A stretch of DNA of 44,075 nucleotides from Fidelibacterota bacterium (GTDB lineage Bacteria; Fidelibacterota; Marinisomatia; Marinisomatales; TCS55). Location of the stretch: assembly GCA_036163755.1 (NCBI GenBank), contig JAYZKF010000057.1, positions 1-44,075 of the forward strand, written 5' to 3'. Position 1 is the first letter of the stretch; each line of letters opens with the position of its first letter. Below the pieces are notes generated by a model that had not been told where the DNA came from, made no database searches, and was given only the letters and a program-made list of their open reading frames with translations. Positions 1 to 8,599 of the stretch are shown here, in pieces. A program made the translations under genes and the position numbers.

Positions 1-890
1 ATGATGTGGACATAGTTTTGGATTGGCATGCGAGTGATAGAAATGCAGCAAACCCAGGAACATCTATGGCTAATAGATCGGCAAAATTTAGATTTCATGG
101 ATATTCAGCTCATGCAGCTGGCGCCCCAGAAAAAGGTCGTTCCGCATTAGATGCAGTTGAGGCGATGAATCATATGGTTAATCTTTTACGCGAACATATT
201 CCAGATGGCTCTCGTATACATTATGTAATTACAAGAGGTGGAAATGCTCCTAATGTAGTACCTGATTATGCGGAAGTATTCTATTATGTTCGAGATTTCA
301 ATGTAGATATTTTAGAAGATATTTGGATCCGGCTTATTAAAACTGCTGAAGGTGCAGCGTTGGGTACAGGTACACGTTTAGAATATGAGATTATTCATGG
401 AAATCGACCAGTCTTGGCAAATGATGTTGCTCAAAAAATAATGTATAATAATTTAAAAGCTATTGGTGGAGTTAATTATGACCGTAAAGAAAAGAAATTT
501 GCTGCTGAAATTTATAAAACACTTCGTAATCCCAGTTTAGAATTAGAATCGGCTAGTGAAGTACAGCCTTATGGATTTAGAAAAGGTAAGGGATCAACTG
601 ATGTTGGTGATGTTAGTTGGATGGTACCCACAGCGAGACTCAGAATAGCTACGTGGGTTCCAGGAACATCCGCTCATACATGGCAAGCTGTATCAGCTGG
701 AGGAATGAGTATTGGTATGAAAGGTATGATGAATGCTGCTAAGGTCATTGCTGGGACAGCAGTTGATTTATATAATGATCCTGAAACTATTAAAAATGCT
801 AAGAAAGAATTGATAGAACGTCGCGGTCCTAAATTTAATTATTATTCACTTCTTGGAGAACGAAAGCCGCCTTTAGATTATCGTAAATGA
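1..890 (+). CDS. M20-family amidohydrolase/peptidase (AbgB / hippurate-hydrolase-like), 5'-truncated by the window edge
   Basis: The reading frame of ORF 6..890 is open to the window start. HGYSAHAAGAPEKGRSALDA and GGNAPNVVPDYAE are typical of M20/M20D amidohydrolases. It ends with TGA at 888-890. Confidence 0.7.
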   Translation, partial: DVDIVLDWHASDRNAANPGTSMANRSAKFRFHGYSAHAAGAPEKGRSALDAVEAMNHMVNLLREHIPDGSRIHYVITRGGNAPNVVPDYAEVFYYVRDFNVDILEDIWIRLIKTAEGAALGTGTRLEYEIIHGNRPVLANDVAQKIMYNNLKAIGGVNYDRKEKKFAAEIYKTLRNPSLELESASEVQPYGFRKGKGSTDVGDVSWMVPTARLRIATWVPGTSAHTWQAVSAGGMSIGMKGMMNAAKVIAGTAVDLYNDPETIKNAKKELIERRGPKFNYYSLLGERKPPLDYRK

Positions 891-974
891 TCTTAAATAA
901 ATTTTTTGAATACAGTGCTAATCTTCAAAGTTAATTTGCACTTGTTCATTTAATAAGAAATCAAATTTGTAATC

Positions 975-2444
975 ATGTCTAAGGAAATCATAGTTATTGG
1001 GTCAGGTATAGCCGGTATGTCGTGTGCAGCTTATTTAGGGAAGGCCGGACATCGCGTAACTGTTATTGAAAAAAATTTTACATATGGAGGAAGATTACAA
1101 ACTGTAAGTCAGCAAGGATATACTTTTGATTCAGGACCAAGTTGGTATTGGATGCCAGATATATTTGACTCTTTTTTTGCAGATTTTGATAAAAAAACAA
1201 ATGATTATTATGATTTAATACGAATTGATCCTGGGTACAGAGTTTATTTTGGTCAACAAGATTATTTTGATTTAGTTGAAAATCTTGATGTATTAAAAAG
1301 AAATTTAAGTAAGCTAGAAGAAGGTGCCGGAAAAGCTTTACAAAGATACCTTGATGATGCAGAAGAAAAATACAAAGTAGCTGTTAAAAAATTTATGTAT
1401 AAACCAAGTTTGTCTCCTTTAGAATATATACATTTTGATTTAATTAAACGATTGGGGAAGCTGAATTTATTTAGACCAATTAGCAAACATATTCGTCAAC
1501 ATTTTTCTAATAATAAAATTATTCAAATGTTAGAATTTCCTAGTTTATTATTGGGTGCAAAACCATCAGACACACCCGCGTTATATAGTATAATGAATTA
1601 TGCTGATATTATTTTGGGAACATGGTATCCTAGCGGTGGAATTAGATCTGTAGCAAATGCTATTTATGAAGTCGCAAAATCCCAAGGTGTAAACTTTTTA
1701 TTTAATCAACCTGTAAATAAAATCTCAATGAATGGAAATAAAGCAACAGGGGTTGTGACAAATAAATCATCTTATCATGCTGACATAATTGTTGCAAATG
1801 CTGATTACCATCATGTAGAACAGACTATGTTGCTAAAGCAAAATCGCAACTATTCAAAATCTTATTGGGAAAAAAGGATCATGTCACCAAGTGCATTGTT
1901 ATTTTATGTTGCTTTAAATAAAAAGTTAGATATATCTCATCATACTTTATTTTTTGATTCTGACTTCAAAAAACATGCTAAAGAAATTTATGATAATCCC
2001 AAATGGCCCGAGCAACCTCTATTTTATACTTCCTGCGTATCAAAGACAGATCCAAAAGTTGCGCCTAAAGATGGAGAGGCTTTATTTATTCTAATTCCTG
2101 TCGCGCCTAATTTGGATGATAATGACCAGATTAGAAAAAATTATTTTCAACAGGTAATTTCAAGAATTGAATTATTAATTAATCAAAATATTAATGATCA
2201 CATAGTATTTTCAAAATCTTATGCTCACCGAGATTTCATTTCAGATTATAACTCATTTAAAGGTAATGCATATGGTTTAGCAAATACTTTATTTCAAACC
2301 GCCTTTTTAAAACCCAAAATAAAAAACAAAAAAATCAATAATTTATATTATACAGGACAATTAACAGTTCCAGGACCAGGGATGCCACCTTCAATTGTGT
2401 CTGGGAAAATAGTAGCTGATCAAATTGATATTGAGATAAAATGA
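975..2444 (+). CDS. crtI: Phytoene desaturase (CrtI type)
   Basis: N-terminal FAD Rossmann motif VIGSGIAGMSCAAYLGKAGHRVTVIEKN and C-terminal YYTGQLTVPGPGMP. The 489-aa length matches CrtI. Its stop overlaps the crtB start (ATGA). Confidence 0.85.
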   Translation: MSKEIIVIGSGIAGMSCAAYLGKAGHRVTVIEKNFTYGGRLQTVSQQGYTFDSGPSWYWMPDIFDSFFADFDKKTNDYYDLIRIDPGYRVYFGQQDYFDLVENLDVLKRNLSKLEEGAGKALQRYLDDAEEKYKVAVKKFMYKPSLSPLEYIHFDLIKRLGKLNLFRPISKHIRQHFSNNKIIQMLEFPSLLLGAKPSDTPALYSIMNYADIILGTWYPSGGIRSVANAIYEVAKSQGVNFLFNQPVNKISMNGNKATGVVTNKSSYHADIIVANADYHHVEQTMLLKQNRNYSKSYWEKRIMSPSALLFYVALNKKLDISHHTLFFDSDFKKHAKEIYDNPKWPEQPLFYTSCVSKTDPKVAPKDGEALFILIPVAPNLDDNDQIRKNYFQQVISRIELLINQNINDHIVFSKSYAHRDFISDYNSFKGNAYGLANTLFQTAFLKPKIKNKKINNLYYTGQLTVPGPGMPPSIVSGKIVADQIDIEIK

Positions 2445-3289
2445 CTAATTCTGAAAGATATCTCCAATCAAGTTTGAAAGCGTCTAGAAGTATAACAAAA
2501 ACTTATAGTACTTCTTTTTCTTTAGGGATTTTTTGTCTTGGAAGAAATATTAGAAATGATATCTATAGTATTTATGGATTTGTACGAGTAGCAGATGAAA
2601 TCGTTGATACTTTTTTTGAAATAGATCAAAGTAAAAAAATTGATGATTTTCATCAATCAACTATTGAATCAATAAAAAATTCATATAGTTCAAATCTAAT
2701 TCTCCATGCTTTCCAAAATGTTGTTAATACTTATCAAATTGATATCGAATTAGTTAATTCTTTCTTTAAAAGTATGAAAGCTGATTTAACTAATAAAAAC
2801 TATAATAGAGAATCTTATGAAGAATATATTTATGGTTCTGCTGAAGTTGTTGGACTGATGTGCCTTTATGTTTTTCTAAATGGAAATCAAAAAAAATATA
2901 ATGAATTAAAAATATACGCACAGAAATTAGGTTCTGCATTTCAAAAGGTTAATTTTTTAAGAGATTTTCATGAGGATTATAAATTAAAAGGTCGAGCATA
3001 TTTTCCTGAGCTTGAAATGGATGGGGAATTTGATGAGTCTTCAAAAAAACAAATTGAAAATGATATTCAAAAAGATTTTGATGAAGCAATTAATGGAATT
3101 AAACGATTGCCAAGATCAAGTTGCCTTGGGGTTTATCTAGCATATCGATATTATAATAAATTATTAAAAAAATTAAAATTAACGCCTGCTTCAAAGCTTT
3201 TAAATAAACGGATACGAGTAAATAACTTTCAAAAGTTTATGCTTTTGCCTTCAGCTCTATTATTTTCATTATTTATGAGGAGAGCTTAA
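2441..3289 (+). CDS. crtB: Phytoene synthase
   Basis: Squalene/phytoene synthase family: YSTSFSLG, first Asp-rich motif RVADEIVD, second motif NFLRDFHEDY. Length 282 aa. Confidence 0.85.
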   Translation: MTNSERYLQSSLKASRSITKTYSTSFSLGIFCLGRNIRNDIYSIYGFVRVADEIVDTFFEIDQSKKIDDFHQSTIESIKNSYSSNLILHAFQNVVNTYQIDIELVNSFFKSMKADLTNKNYNRESYEEYIYGSAEVVGLMCLYVFLNGNQKKYNELKIYAQKLGSAFQKVNFLRDFHEDYKLKGRAYFPELEMDGEFDESSKKQIENDIQKDFDEAINGIKRLPRSSCLGVYLAYRYYNKLLKKLKLTPASKLLNKRIRVNNFQKFMLLPSALLFSLFMRRA

Positions 3290-3291
3290 CA

Positions 3292-3762
3292 ATGATGGTA
3301 TTATTTATACTTTTATTATTTGCGAATAATACAATCAGTGATTTATCAGTTCGGGAAATGTATAAAGCGTCTACTAAAGATGAAGAAACATGCCTGGAAC
3401 TCCTTGAGCTATTAAAAGAAGATGATGAATTAAATTCTTCTCCAACAAAATTAGCTTTTTATGGGGGGACTCTAACATTAATGGCTTTCTATTCTAATAA
3501 TCCAATTGACAAATTGATTTATAGTAGAAAAGCAAATAAGGCTCTTGATCGTTCTTTGAAATTAGATCCTCAAAGTTTTGATGGGAGAAGTTTGAGAATT
3601 CTATATAATGCTAATGTTCCTATTTTTTTATCAGATCATGATGAACTTAAAGAAGATATTCTTTTATTTAATTCATTGATTAGATCCCCTCAAGACTACA
3701 GCATATATAATCAATGGATGATTTCAATTATCAATGAAACCCTAAGCAAATCTAAGTTGTAA
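3292..3762 (+). CDS. Hypothetical protein with N-terminal hydrophobic signal/anchor, embedded in the carotenoid cluster
   Basis: 156-aa ORF with a strong SD (GAGGAG) upstream. It starts 2 nt after the crtB stop and ends 12 nt before crtZ. It has a hydrophobic N-terminus (MMVLFILLLFA) and looks helical. I recognise no family. Confidence 0.5.
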   Translation: MMVLFILLLFANNTISDLSVREMYKASTKDEETCLELLELLKEDDELNSSPTKLAFYGGTLTLMAFYSNNPIDKLIYSRKANKALDRSLKLDPQSFDGRSLRILYNANVPIFLSDHDELKEDILLFNSLIRSPQDYSIYNQWMISIINETLSKSKL

Positions 3763-3774
3763 ATTCGGAGCCTT

Positions 3775-4221
3775 ATGTTTGAATTATTAATAGTTATTGG
3801 TGCATTTTTTGGAATGGAATTTGTTGCTTGGTGGACTCATAAATATGTGATGCATGGTTTTTGTTGGTTTTTGCATGAAGATCACCACGTTCTTACCGGG
3901 AAGCCCTACCAAAAAAATGATTCTTTTGCGCTTGTCTTTGCTATTCCAAGCATTACCTGCTTCTTTGTGGGAAGTTTTTATGAGCCAACTTGGTTAATAT
4001 ACATAGGTTTGGGAATTCTGCTATATGGTATTGCATATATGTTAGTTCACGATATTTTTATTCATCGCAGATTAAAAATTTTTCAAAAACCAAAAAATAA
4101 ATATTTAAAAGGTATTTTATTTGCACATCGTATTCATCATTCAAATTTAGGAAAGGAAAATTGCGAGTATTTTGGTATGCTTTTTGTTCCAATACGTGCA
4201 TTTAAATTAATGGAGAAATAG
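3775..4221 (+). CDS. crtZ: Beta-carotene 3-hydroxylase
   Basis: His-box pattern of the fatty-acid hydroxylase superfamily (HKYVMH, HEDHH, HDIFIH, HRIHH). It is 148 aa with hydrophobic segments, matching CrtZ in size and motifs. A GGAG SD lies upstream. Confidence 0.85.
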   Translation: MFELLIVIGAFFGMEFVAWWTHKYVMHGFCWFLHEDHHVLTGKPYQKNDSFALVFAIPSITCFFVGSFYEPTWLIYIGLGILLYGIAYMLVHDIFIHRRLKIFQKPKNKYLKGILFAHRIHHSNLGKENCEYFGMLFVPIRAFKLMEK

Positions 4222-4224
4222 AAA

Positions 4225-4926
4225 ATGGATAATTATTTATATCTATTAATAAATATAACATCCATACTCATTCCATTTATTTTTTCATTTTATCATAAAA
4301 CTAGTTTTTTCCCAATATGGAAAAAACTTTTTCCAGGTTATATTATTATGACAACTATTTATTTAATCTGGGATATTATTTTTACTCGAATGGGTATTTG
4401 GGGTTTCAATGATCAATATTTAATTGGGTTCAATATCCTCTTCCTTCCATTAGAGGAATGGCTATTCTTTCTGTGCATTCCTTTCGCTTCATTATTCATT
4501 CATTATAATAAAATCAAATTGAATCCAAAATTGCGACTATCTGAATCAAAGTCAAGATTGACTGTAAAAATCATAATTGGACTTTTATTATTTATTCTAT
4601 TTCAGAATTTTGGGAAATTATATACAACTATAACATTCACATTTACTATTCTTCTTCTTACACTTGTTATGTATAAAAATATTTCTTTATTACAAGATTT
4701 TCTTGTTTCATATGTATTCATCTTAATACCATTTTTCATTGTTAATGGCATTCTAACTGGATCATTTATCATTGATCAAATTGTTTGGTATAATAATGAT
4801 CACAATATGGGAATACGTATTGGAACAATCCCTTTTGAAGATATTTTTTATGGGATGACTTTATTTCTTGGAACTATTTTTTTAGCTGATCATTTCAATG
4901 GCTCATTAACTAATCAATCTAAATAA
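4225..4926 (+). CDS. Lycopene cyclase, fused CrtYc/CrtYd (lycopene-cyclase-domain) type
   Basis: 233-aa polytopic membrane protein with two copies of the lycopene-cyclase-domain signature, LPLEEWLFF and IPFEDIFYG, one in each half. Confidence 0.75.
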   Translation: MDNYLYLLINITSILIPFIFSFYHKTSFFPIWKKLFPGYIIMTTIYLIWDIIFTRMGIWGFNDQYLIGFNILFLPLEEWLFFLCIPFASLFIHYNKIKLNPKLRLSESKSRLTVKIIIGLLLFILFQNFGKLYTTITFTFTILLLTLVMYKNISLLQDFLVSYVFILIPFFIVNGILTGSFIIDQIVWYNNDHNMGIRIGTIPFEDIFYGMTLFLGTIFLADHFNGSLTNQSK

Positions 4927-4931
4927 TTGTT

Positions 4932-7148
4932 TTGTCTAAATTTTTAAATCTTATTATTTCTCTTGGCATACTTAATGCAGCTTCATTTTATCAGGAAGAA
5001 GGCTCAAGCGATAAACGAGTTATAATAACTAAACAAATACCTACAGGTAAAATAGAATTAGATGGATTATTGAATGAGCCTGAATGGAAAATGGTTTCCC
5101 CTGCAAAAGACTTTATTCAACGAGATCCAAAAGAGGGAGCTCCTAGCACTGAAAAAACAGAAGTTCATGTAATATATGATGAAGACAATCTTTATATCGG
5201 TGCGATGTTATTTGATAGTAATCCGGATGGAATTCTTGCATATCAGAAACGTAGAGATCAGAGCCTTCGCACCGATGACAGATTCATGTGGATTTTAGAT
5301 ACTTTTCTTGATGGCCGTACAGGATATTTTTTTGAAGTAAATCCTGCTGGTCTTATGGGTGATGGACTCATTATTGGCAGCGAGTCCTACTGGGGAACGA
5401 ATAAAGATTGGAATGGAATCTGGGATGCTAGAGTCGTAATCTTACCGGAAGGTTGGTCAGTAGAAGTTGTTATTCCTTTCCGCACATTAAATTTTAACCC
5501 TAATCTGGAAACTTGGGGGATAAATTTTCAACGTACAGTTCGCAGAAAAAATGAAGATGTAAAATGGGAAGGTTTTCAAAGAAATAAAAAATTAACCTCT
5601 CCAATTCATGCAGGGCATCTTTCTGGATTAAAAAATTTGACGCAAGGGAGAGGAATCGAACTAAAACCTTATCTGAGCATGAATAATCGAAAAGTAGAAA
5701 TAGATGAAAAAATGAAAAATGATAATCTCAGCGATTTAGGTTTTGATATTTCTATGAACATTACCCCGGGATTGCGAGCCTCATTAACTTATAATACAGA
5801 TTTTGCAGAAGCAGAAGTTGATCAAAGAAGAGTAAACCTAACACGATTTCCGCTAAGATATGCTGAAAAACGCGGATTTTTCCTGGAGGGTGCTGGAGTA
5901 TATTCTTTTTCACCTCGAAATGATGTAACACCATTTTTTAGCAGGAGGATTGGTTTATCAGAAGGAAAGCAGATACCTATAAACTATGGCGGTAGATTAT
6001 CTGGACAAATTGGTGATTACGAGATTGGTTTAATACAGGCTCAAACCAAACCTGTTGAAAGTTTGCCAGGTGAAAACTTTACTGTTGCAAGGATGAAAAG
6101 GGCATTATTAAAACAATCATATTTAGGTTTAGTATTTACTGATCGTTCAACTAGCAAAGGGAAAGTAGATTCTACGGGATTAGATCAAACCCTTTATGGT
6201 GCAGACTTAGATTTGAAAACCTCGGAATTTATGGGTGATAAAAATCTTCAGTTTCAAACATTTTTTGTTTTTCACACAGCTCCATTAAATACAAAAGACC
6301 TTAATATTTCTGATCTTTCTACGCGCGGTTTAAGATTAACCTATCCAAATGATATTATTAGAACGCATGTATCTTACCGTGAATTTGGTAATATGTATAA
6401 TCCTGCAGTGGGCTTTAGTAGGCGCAATGGATTTAAGCGTATACAACCAAGTTTTAGCTACAATCCGCGCCCAGAAAAATATGAGTTTATTCGTCAAGTA
6501 GAGTTTGGAATACAATACGAGTATATGACTGATTTAAATAATAATATGTTAAAAAAAGAAACAACTTTTACTCCATTTAATATACGATTTGAAAGTCAAG
6601 ATGAGGTTGGCATTAAAATTGTAAAATTGACAGAATATCTTGATAAACCGTTTACTATTTATGAAGATATAACTATTCCCATTGAAGAATATAGTAGTAG
6701 CGAATTTCAATTTAAATTTGAAACATCTGAGAAAAGGATGCTTTCAACAGAATTAGAGTATCAAACAGGAGATTTTTGGACTGGGAAAAAGAAAACATTG
6801 AAAAGTCAAATTTCGGTCAAACCATTTTCTGGGTTCAATATTCAGACAGAGTATGAAAACAATCAGGTTGAATTAAGTGGTAGTAATTTTAATACAGAAT
6901 TATACAACATTGAATTAGGAGTTTATCCAACTCCACGAACTGCTATATTTAGTAATGTTCAATATGATAACGTATCAAATGCCGTTGGTTTATTTGCTAA
7001 ACTACAGCATACCATCCGCCCAGGAAGTGATTTTTTCTTAGTTTATACACATAACTGGATGAGTTTGGGTGATCAAATATTTGATTTTGACTTAATAACC
7101 ATATCAAAGATAAGCTCATTAAAAATCAATTATACCTTAAGATTATAG
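4932..7148 (+). CDS. DUF5916-like outer-membrane protein with a CBM9/DOMON-like N-terminal domain
   Basis: TTG start and a signal peptide (LIISLGILNAASF). The N-domain contains IELDGLLNEPEW...DEDNLYIGA, followed by a long beta-rich C-terminal region. Length 738 aa. Confidence 0.6.
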   Translation: MSKFLNLIISLGILNAASFYQEEGSSDKRVIITKQIPTGKIELDGLLNEPEWKMVSPAKDFIQRDPKEGAPSTEKTEVHVIYDEDNLYIGAMLFDSNPDGILAYQKRRDQSLRTDDRFMWILDTFLDGRTGYFFEVNPAGLMGDGLIIGSESYWGTNKDWNGIWDARVVILPEGWSVEVVIPFRTLNFNPNLETWGINFQRTVRRKNEDVKWEGFQRNKKLTSPIHAGHLSGLKNLTQGRGIELKPYLSMNNRKVEIDEKMKNDNLSDLGFDISMNITPGLRASLTYNTDFAEAEVDQRRVNLTRFPLRYAEKRGFFLEGAGVYSFSPRNDVTPFFSRRIGLSEGKQIPINYGGRLSGQIGDYEIGLIQAQTKPVESLPGENFTVARMKRALLKQSYLGLVFTDRSTSKGKVDSTGLDQTLYGADLDLKTSEFMGDKNLQFQTFFVFHTAPLNTKDLNISDLSTRGLRLTYPNDIIRTHVSYREFGNMYNPAVGFSRRNGFKRIQPSFSYNPRPEKYEFIRQVEFGIQYEYMTDLNNNMLKKETTFTPFNIRFESQDEVGIKIVKLTEYLDKPFTIYEDITIPIEEYSSSEFQFKFETSEKRMLSTELEYQTGDFWTGKKKTLKSQISVKPFSGFNIQTEYENNQVELSGSNFNTELYNIELGVYPTPRTAIFSNVQYDNVSNAVGLFAKLQHTIRPGSDFFLVYTHNWMSLGDQIFDFDLITISKISSLKINYTLRL

Positions 7149-7163
7149 GAACATAAATATAAA

Positions 7164-7658
7164 ATGAAATTATATGAATTAAATAAAACTCAGATAATCA
7201 ATGATTCAATAGAAAATGTTTTTGACTTTTTTTCAAAGCCAGAAAACCTCAAAACCATTACACCTGAAAAACTTTCATTTAATATATTAACACCAATCCC
7301 TATTAATATGGATAAAGGGACTGTAATCGATTATACCATACGACTATTTGGAATTAGGGTTCATTGGCGTACACTTATTACAAAGTATAATCCACCATAT
7401 GAATTTGTTGATGAACAAATTAAAGGTCCTTATAACTTTTGGCATCATACTCATAAATTTAAAAAGGTTGATGGTGGTGTAGAAATTTCAGATAAGGTAA
7501 TTTATAGTATTCCTATGGGGGTTTTTGGTAGTGTTTTGCACTTTTTATGGATAAAAAGAGATTTAGAAAAAATCTTTACCCATCGTAGAAAAGTTATAGA
7601 AGATATATTAGTAAATAAAAATTTTGAAAATAATGAAAACTATAAAAGGAACAGCTAA
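7164..7658 (+). CDS. SRPBCC (START/polyketide-cyclase-like) family protein
   Basis: VFDFFSKPENLKTITP...GPYNFWHHTHKF is a pattern typical of SRPBCC_3-type ligand-binding proteins. Length 164 aa. Its stop abuts the next gene (TAAATG). Confidence 0.65.
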   Translation: MKLYELNKTQIINDSIENVFDFFSKPENLKTITPEKLSFNILTPIPINMDKGTVIDYTIRLFGIRVHWRTLITKYNPPYEFVDEQIKGPYNFWHHTHKFKKVDGGVEISDKVIYSIPMGVFGSVLHFLWIKRDLEKIFTHRRKVIEDILVNKNFENNENYKRNS

Positions 7659-8585
7659 ATGAAAATCGCTATATTTGGCGGAACTGGATTTGTGGGTTCA
7701 TATATTATTGATGAGCTATTAAAAAATGACCACGAGCCTTTAGTCTTAGTTAGAAAAGGTTCTAAGTCAAAACTAATTAATGCAGATAAATGTAAAATTA
7801 TATCTGGAGACATTAGTGAGATTGAATCAATTGAGAATACTATCAAATCTGCGGATGTAGTGATCTATTGTATAGGTATAATTCGTGAGTTTCCTAAGAA
7901 AGGTGCAACCTTTGAACAGTTACATTTTCAAGCAGCAAAAAAATGTATTGATGTTGCGAAGGCATTAGGTGTGAAAAGGTTTATAATGATGAGTGCCAAT
8001 GGCGTTAAAGTTGATGGAACTGGTTATCAAAGGACCAAATATTTAGCTGAAGAATATTTAAAATTTTCAAATCTAGATTGGACTATCTTTCGTCCATCAT
8101 TGATCTTTGGTGATCCTAGAGGTGGGGGGAGGCCTGAGTTTTGTTCTCAACTTAAGAAAGACATGTTAAGTCTTCCTTTCCCAGCTCCTAATTTCCATCC
8201 AGGTCTAAATCCAATGAATGCAGGAAAATTTGCAATGTCTCCTATACACATAAATAACGTTGCTGAGTTTTTTGTAAAATCAATTGAGTTAAAAGAATCA
8301 ATAAAAAAAATATATTCGCTCGGAGGTGAGGCTTATTATTGGAAAGATATAATTACCACTATTGCAAAATCATATGGAAAGAAGAAATGGACCGTACCTG
8401 CACCTGCAATAGGAGTACAAATCTTAGCAACATTTCTGGGAAGATTCTCATGGTTCCCTATAACAAAAGATCAAATTACAATGTTGTTAGAAGGAAATGT
8501 TTGTGATTCTAAAGAGTTCTATGATTTGTTTCAAATTGAACAAATACCATTTAATACTGAAACACTTTCTTATCTAAATAAATAA
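7659..8585 (+). CDS. NAD(P)H-binding SDR-family protein (NmrA/NDUFA9-like)
   Basis: N-terminal Rossmann motif IAIFGGTGFVGSYII, a YxxxK-like YQRTKYLAE, and RPSLIFG. Length 308 aa. Confidence 0.7.
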   Translation: MKIAIFGGTGFVGSYIIDELLKNDHEPLVLVRKGSKSKLINADKCKIISGDISEIESIENTIKSADVVIYCIGIIREFPKKGATFEQLHFQAAKKCIDVAKALGVKRFIMMSANGVKVDGTGYQRTKYLAEEYLKFSNLDWTIFRPSLIFGDPRGGGRPEFCSQLKKDMLSLPFPAPNFHPGLNPMNAGKFAMSPIHINNVAEFFVKSIELKESIKKIYSLGGEAYYWKDIITTIAKSYGKKKWTVPAPAIGVQILATFLGRFSWFPITKDQITMLLEGNVCDSKEFYDLFQIEQIPFNTETLSYLNK

Positions 8586-8599
8586 CTTAATTGATTAAT

